A stretch of DNA of 64,000 nucleotides, taken from NCBI GenBank assembly GCA_000165345.1, contig CM000430.1, forward strand, positions 544,001-608,000, given 5' to 3'. Under the pieces are notes generated by a model. That model did not search any database. It had not been told where the DNA came from and saw only the letters and a list, made by a program, of their open reading frames with translations. Of this stretch, positions 62,601-64,000 are shown in pieces. How positions within the stretch are numbered: the first letter of the stretch is position 1; every line of letters begins with the position of its first letter. The translations under genes were made by a program, and so were the position numbers.

Positions 62601-63008
62601 ACGATCTATTGGGATCTTTTTTGTGTTTCTATAAGATACAGTTTGACCCTGAGAAGGTTGATTAATAGGCGGAGCGACCACAATGTTCCCAGGAACTCCA
62701 ATTGAATTTAAAGAAGGAGAGTTTATACCACCTATTCCCAGAGAGTTTGAAGCCGACGCTGGAATGGGTATTGGCCCCACCGCAACTCCTGAAACTGGTG
62801 AAGGCTGAGTAGGTACATGAGATTGGGTCTGTAAATTTGGATTATTAGAAAATCTAGTACCTGCCCTCCTTTGGTTACTAGAATTGGTTGGACCAGATCT
62901 AACTTTACCCTTTTGCTTTTTCTCAGTCGGTCCAACCTTCGCCAACGGATTCATGGTAGAGATAGTTTCTAGCCCTTCATTGTGGCCCGTAACATTTGGA
63001 TGCCACAT
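59610..63008 (-). CDS. KH-domain-like RNA-binding protein with Asn/Gly/Ser-rich low-complexity regions (hypothetical)
   Basis: 1132 aa. KH-like segment ...ISNLAGAIIGVSGSNQKWMEQESGAQVQILG...GLHILVRYNEPRELEIVEAIIEEI. A central globular region (...LLRRWISKRLAPHYIPKSSLDFLPLDILESEFSQFYEIPLNIEILGWTNLLHFVEAFPDVW...) is followed by a prion-like N/G/S/Q-rich C-terminal third. Confidence 0.5.
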   Translation of the reverse strand: MWHPNVTGHNEGLETISTMNPLAKVGPTEKKQKGKVRSGPTNSSNQRRAGTRFSNNPNLQTQSHVPTQPSPVSGVAVGPIPIPASASNSLGIGGINSPSLNSIGVPGNIVVAPPINQPSQGQTVSYRNTKKIPIDRSKFHPSISNLAGAIIGVSGSNQKWMEQESGAQVQILGTTGNDPEGLHILVRYNEPRELEIVEAIIEEIGRATFEGGGGFISHILPNRKPVSPTLTGLQGNMIVSAALQDHTSGIEKQMIGSSVAMGGMPSLPPNYSSSQPLYNNMSGNIGMGFIPRGGIVAPIQIEWPKTPPASPVEFEWLLHLVLHSALSQLGPMVSHGVPMIHIPMLYDSFTSFRFEHDATSFFQSCIIQNGLLGLVQALPHIFIEGPHTIIDSSNIPKLSPIFKVNLSSGVTPLLLPAQSVTVSFADFKLAAEAFWKMGALPPTFSGFGPQVPQNINGTGGPSGLAVTGSTGTISDHVYNTSSVVSPNQLPRQHQGKDSSGSSIGENVLAGGTNKIKKDQGANSIVNTNSNQPTKGSSLISDDDDTFEIDNSSSKNGVITNGTSSVALSSHSSTTTTSSGVTSIVNVGKDNIPQTSLMIVLQGVHFLLRRWISKRLAPHYIPKSSLDFLPLDILESEFSQFYEIPLNIEILGWTNLLHFVEAFPDVWTVENVGPDEFTLIPLPYPDFSMIAKTRGITKLNNEKHYDSKPDSNAFTLSAQGSSLANIHKNGGSLDNIQKIVKQTQDFVAEAIASGYPANSLEINSINEIINGVTMGIYSLDNNTSSSLYELVTKVTNLLPKYSSNSASSTSTNLPNKSISGSVSKSRFDNAYKGTNGIGSMNGLAKGTKSGGFQHQPHSLQPPTAYPSTHISLANEKSILGGSGNHHSLTVPQVGVSRFNSMNNAKNEIRYDIGAAQPMSTHNQHNIHLHAPHQTNAQVLNSNLSTGRSVNGGQSKRVFSNQCAGASKGPKQLVGQDQRPYPLYDQQGSNPSTEFVNLQHNPNHMNPTQNTFGMQEASESNIHNFYHHSMDGNSHFSTYNGGGVSGIGNGMAASCHYDYHSFGVQSTNSAFVQPSQNHSMNGAHFSKSVGIPSDQTIGNNGNNNGNNIMLSLPNHAGVVSNRSGWDRKNKSKNN

Positions 63009-63130
63009 TCTTAATGTTCTTATTGAAAAAAAAACTATTCACTGATTTCTTCTGGTATAGTATAGGGGAACAATAGTTATTACAAGAAAACAAAAAGCAA
63101 AAGATACACGTGTCCCCAAGACAAACCTGC

Positions 63131-63145
63131 CCTAATGGTCTTTTT
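63131..63145. promoter_or_regulatory. Poly(dA:dT) tract (T15) about 120 bp upstream of the KH-protein gene start
   Basis: T15 run read directly. Poly(dA:dT) tracts are classic nucleosome-excluding promoter elements in fungi. Similar A10 and T10 runs occur at 45..54 and 9022..9031, each upstream of a + strand gene. Confidence 0.35.
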
Positions 63146-64000
63146 TTTTTTTTTTGAGACTATATTTAACTGATTCCTCGGCCTTTGTTAAACGATGTTG
63201 CAATCAATGCTACGGGTATGCAGAATGGTCAGTTCTCTTGTTTTAGGCCCAAAATAACAACACTTAAATTAGCAAAAATGGTCTAAGCTCGTGAATTCTG
63301 TTTCAATATCCTTGAAAATAAAATCCGACTATATAAATCAGACTTACCAGACTTTTCGTATTCTTGAGGCCTTTCTTAATTTATCTAGTTGTAAAGTTGA
63401 TTTAACCCAAGAAAAATCTAAGTCTAGACTAAAAGAGAAGGGTCTCAAAAAAATACAAATTTGTAAATTGGAGGTAATAACGGACAAATCCTTATTTTCA
63501 ATGTTTTCGATTCTTGGCCAATAGAACTGTCTGTTATTATCTCCGATGTATTCAATTTCGAGAAAAAGGTCAGGTACAAGACCAAATTATGTTATAGATC
63601 CCAATTGTGTATTACTTATTATTGAGTCTATATGCAGAAGGATTATTAAACATCCGAACGATCTGAATTTTTATGTATATCAATATTACACTTAAAAAAG
63701 CCTTCATGTCAGGGAAACAAACGATTACTGTTATTGCAATACATTCGGGATTGAAAAGGTAGTTAACAATGCAATCGCTTTAGTATATTAATTATTTTCT
63801 AATTACTTAACAATTGAAAATCAACTATCTCAACAAGCTTTGTTGAATGTACTTAACATTTACTCATATATTGATATACAAATATATAATGGTTACTTAA
63901 TAAGTAGATGGTTATAGTAATTTGTTACAGATATATAGCTTATTAGTTTAATAGATTTAATTTTCGTTAATTAAAGTTTGAACATGATCTTATTTACACT

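Overview
This 64 kb window is AT-rich (about 30% GC) eukaryotic nuclear DNA under the standard genetic code (TAA/TAG/TGA used as stops). Genes lie on both strands at roughly one per 2.2 kb. I see no rRNA, tRNA, CRISPR array or obvious transposon. Most genes are single long ORFs; the largest are a Brr2/Slh1-family helicase (2184 aa), a P5-type ATPase (1434 aa), SMC1 (1349 aa), a Cid1-family nucleotidyltransferase (1162 aa), PWP2, and a KH-domain protein. A minority carry very short spliceosomal introns (41-97 nt; GTAAGT-type donors, YAG acceptors, one AAG|GCAAGT GC-AG intron). The six-frame ORF track therefore misses or truncates several genes, which I reconstructed by eye: SPT4 (3 exons), RPS28 (ATG-only first exon), COQ3 (3' intron), a secreted protein gene (50-nt intron) and a 5-exon gene of unknown function at 21.3-22.7 kb. 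The gene content (Bfr1-like, Tan1, Trm2, Tma46, Syf2-like, Dcd1-like) together with the RPS28 codon bias and ATG|intron structure suggests a fungus or fungus-like unicellular eukaryote; lineage not resolved. The ORF track also uses non-ATG starts (GTG/TTG), and several true starts are downstream ATGs (bromodomain gene, KDEL receptor, Tan1). Items worth a second look: an insulinase (M16)-like protein whose HxxEH zinc motif reads NFVQQ (a probable pseudopeptidase); a P5 ATPase whose PP(E/A)LP motif appears replaced; tandem nucleotide-sugar transporter paralogs; a BirA-like ligase lacking the GRGRRGR motif; a (GC)6 tract flanked by inverted repeats in an AT-rich divergent promoter; and a 153-bp bidirectional promoter. 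No prokaryote-style defence or mobile system is apparent. All calls are from by-eye translation and motif recall, with no database searches.
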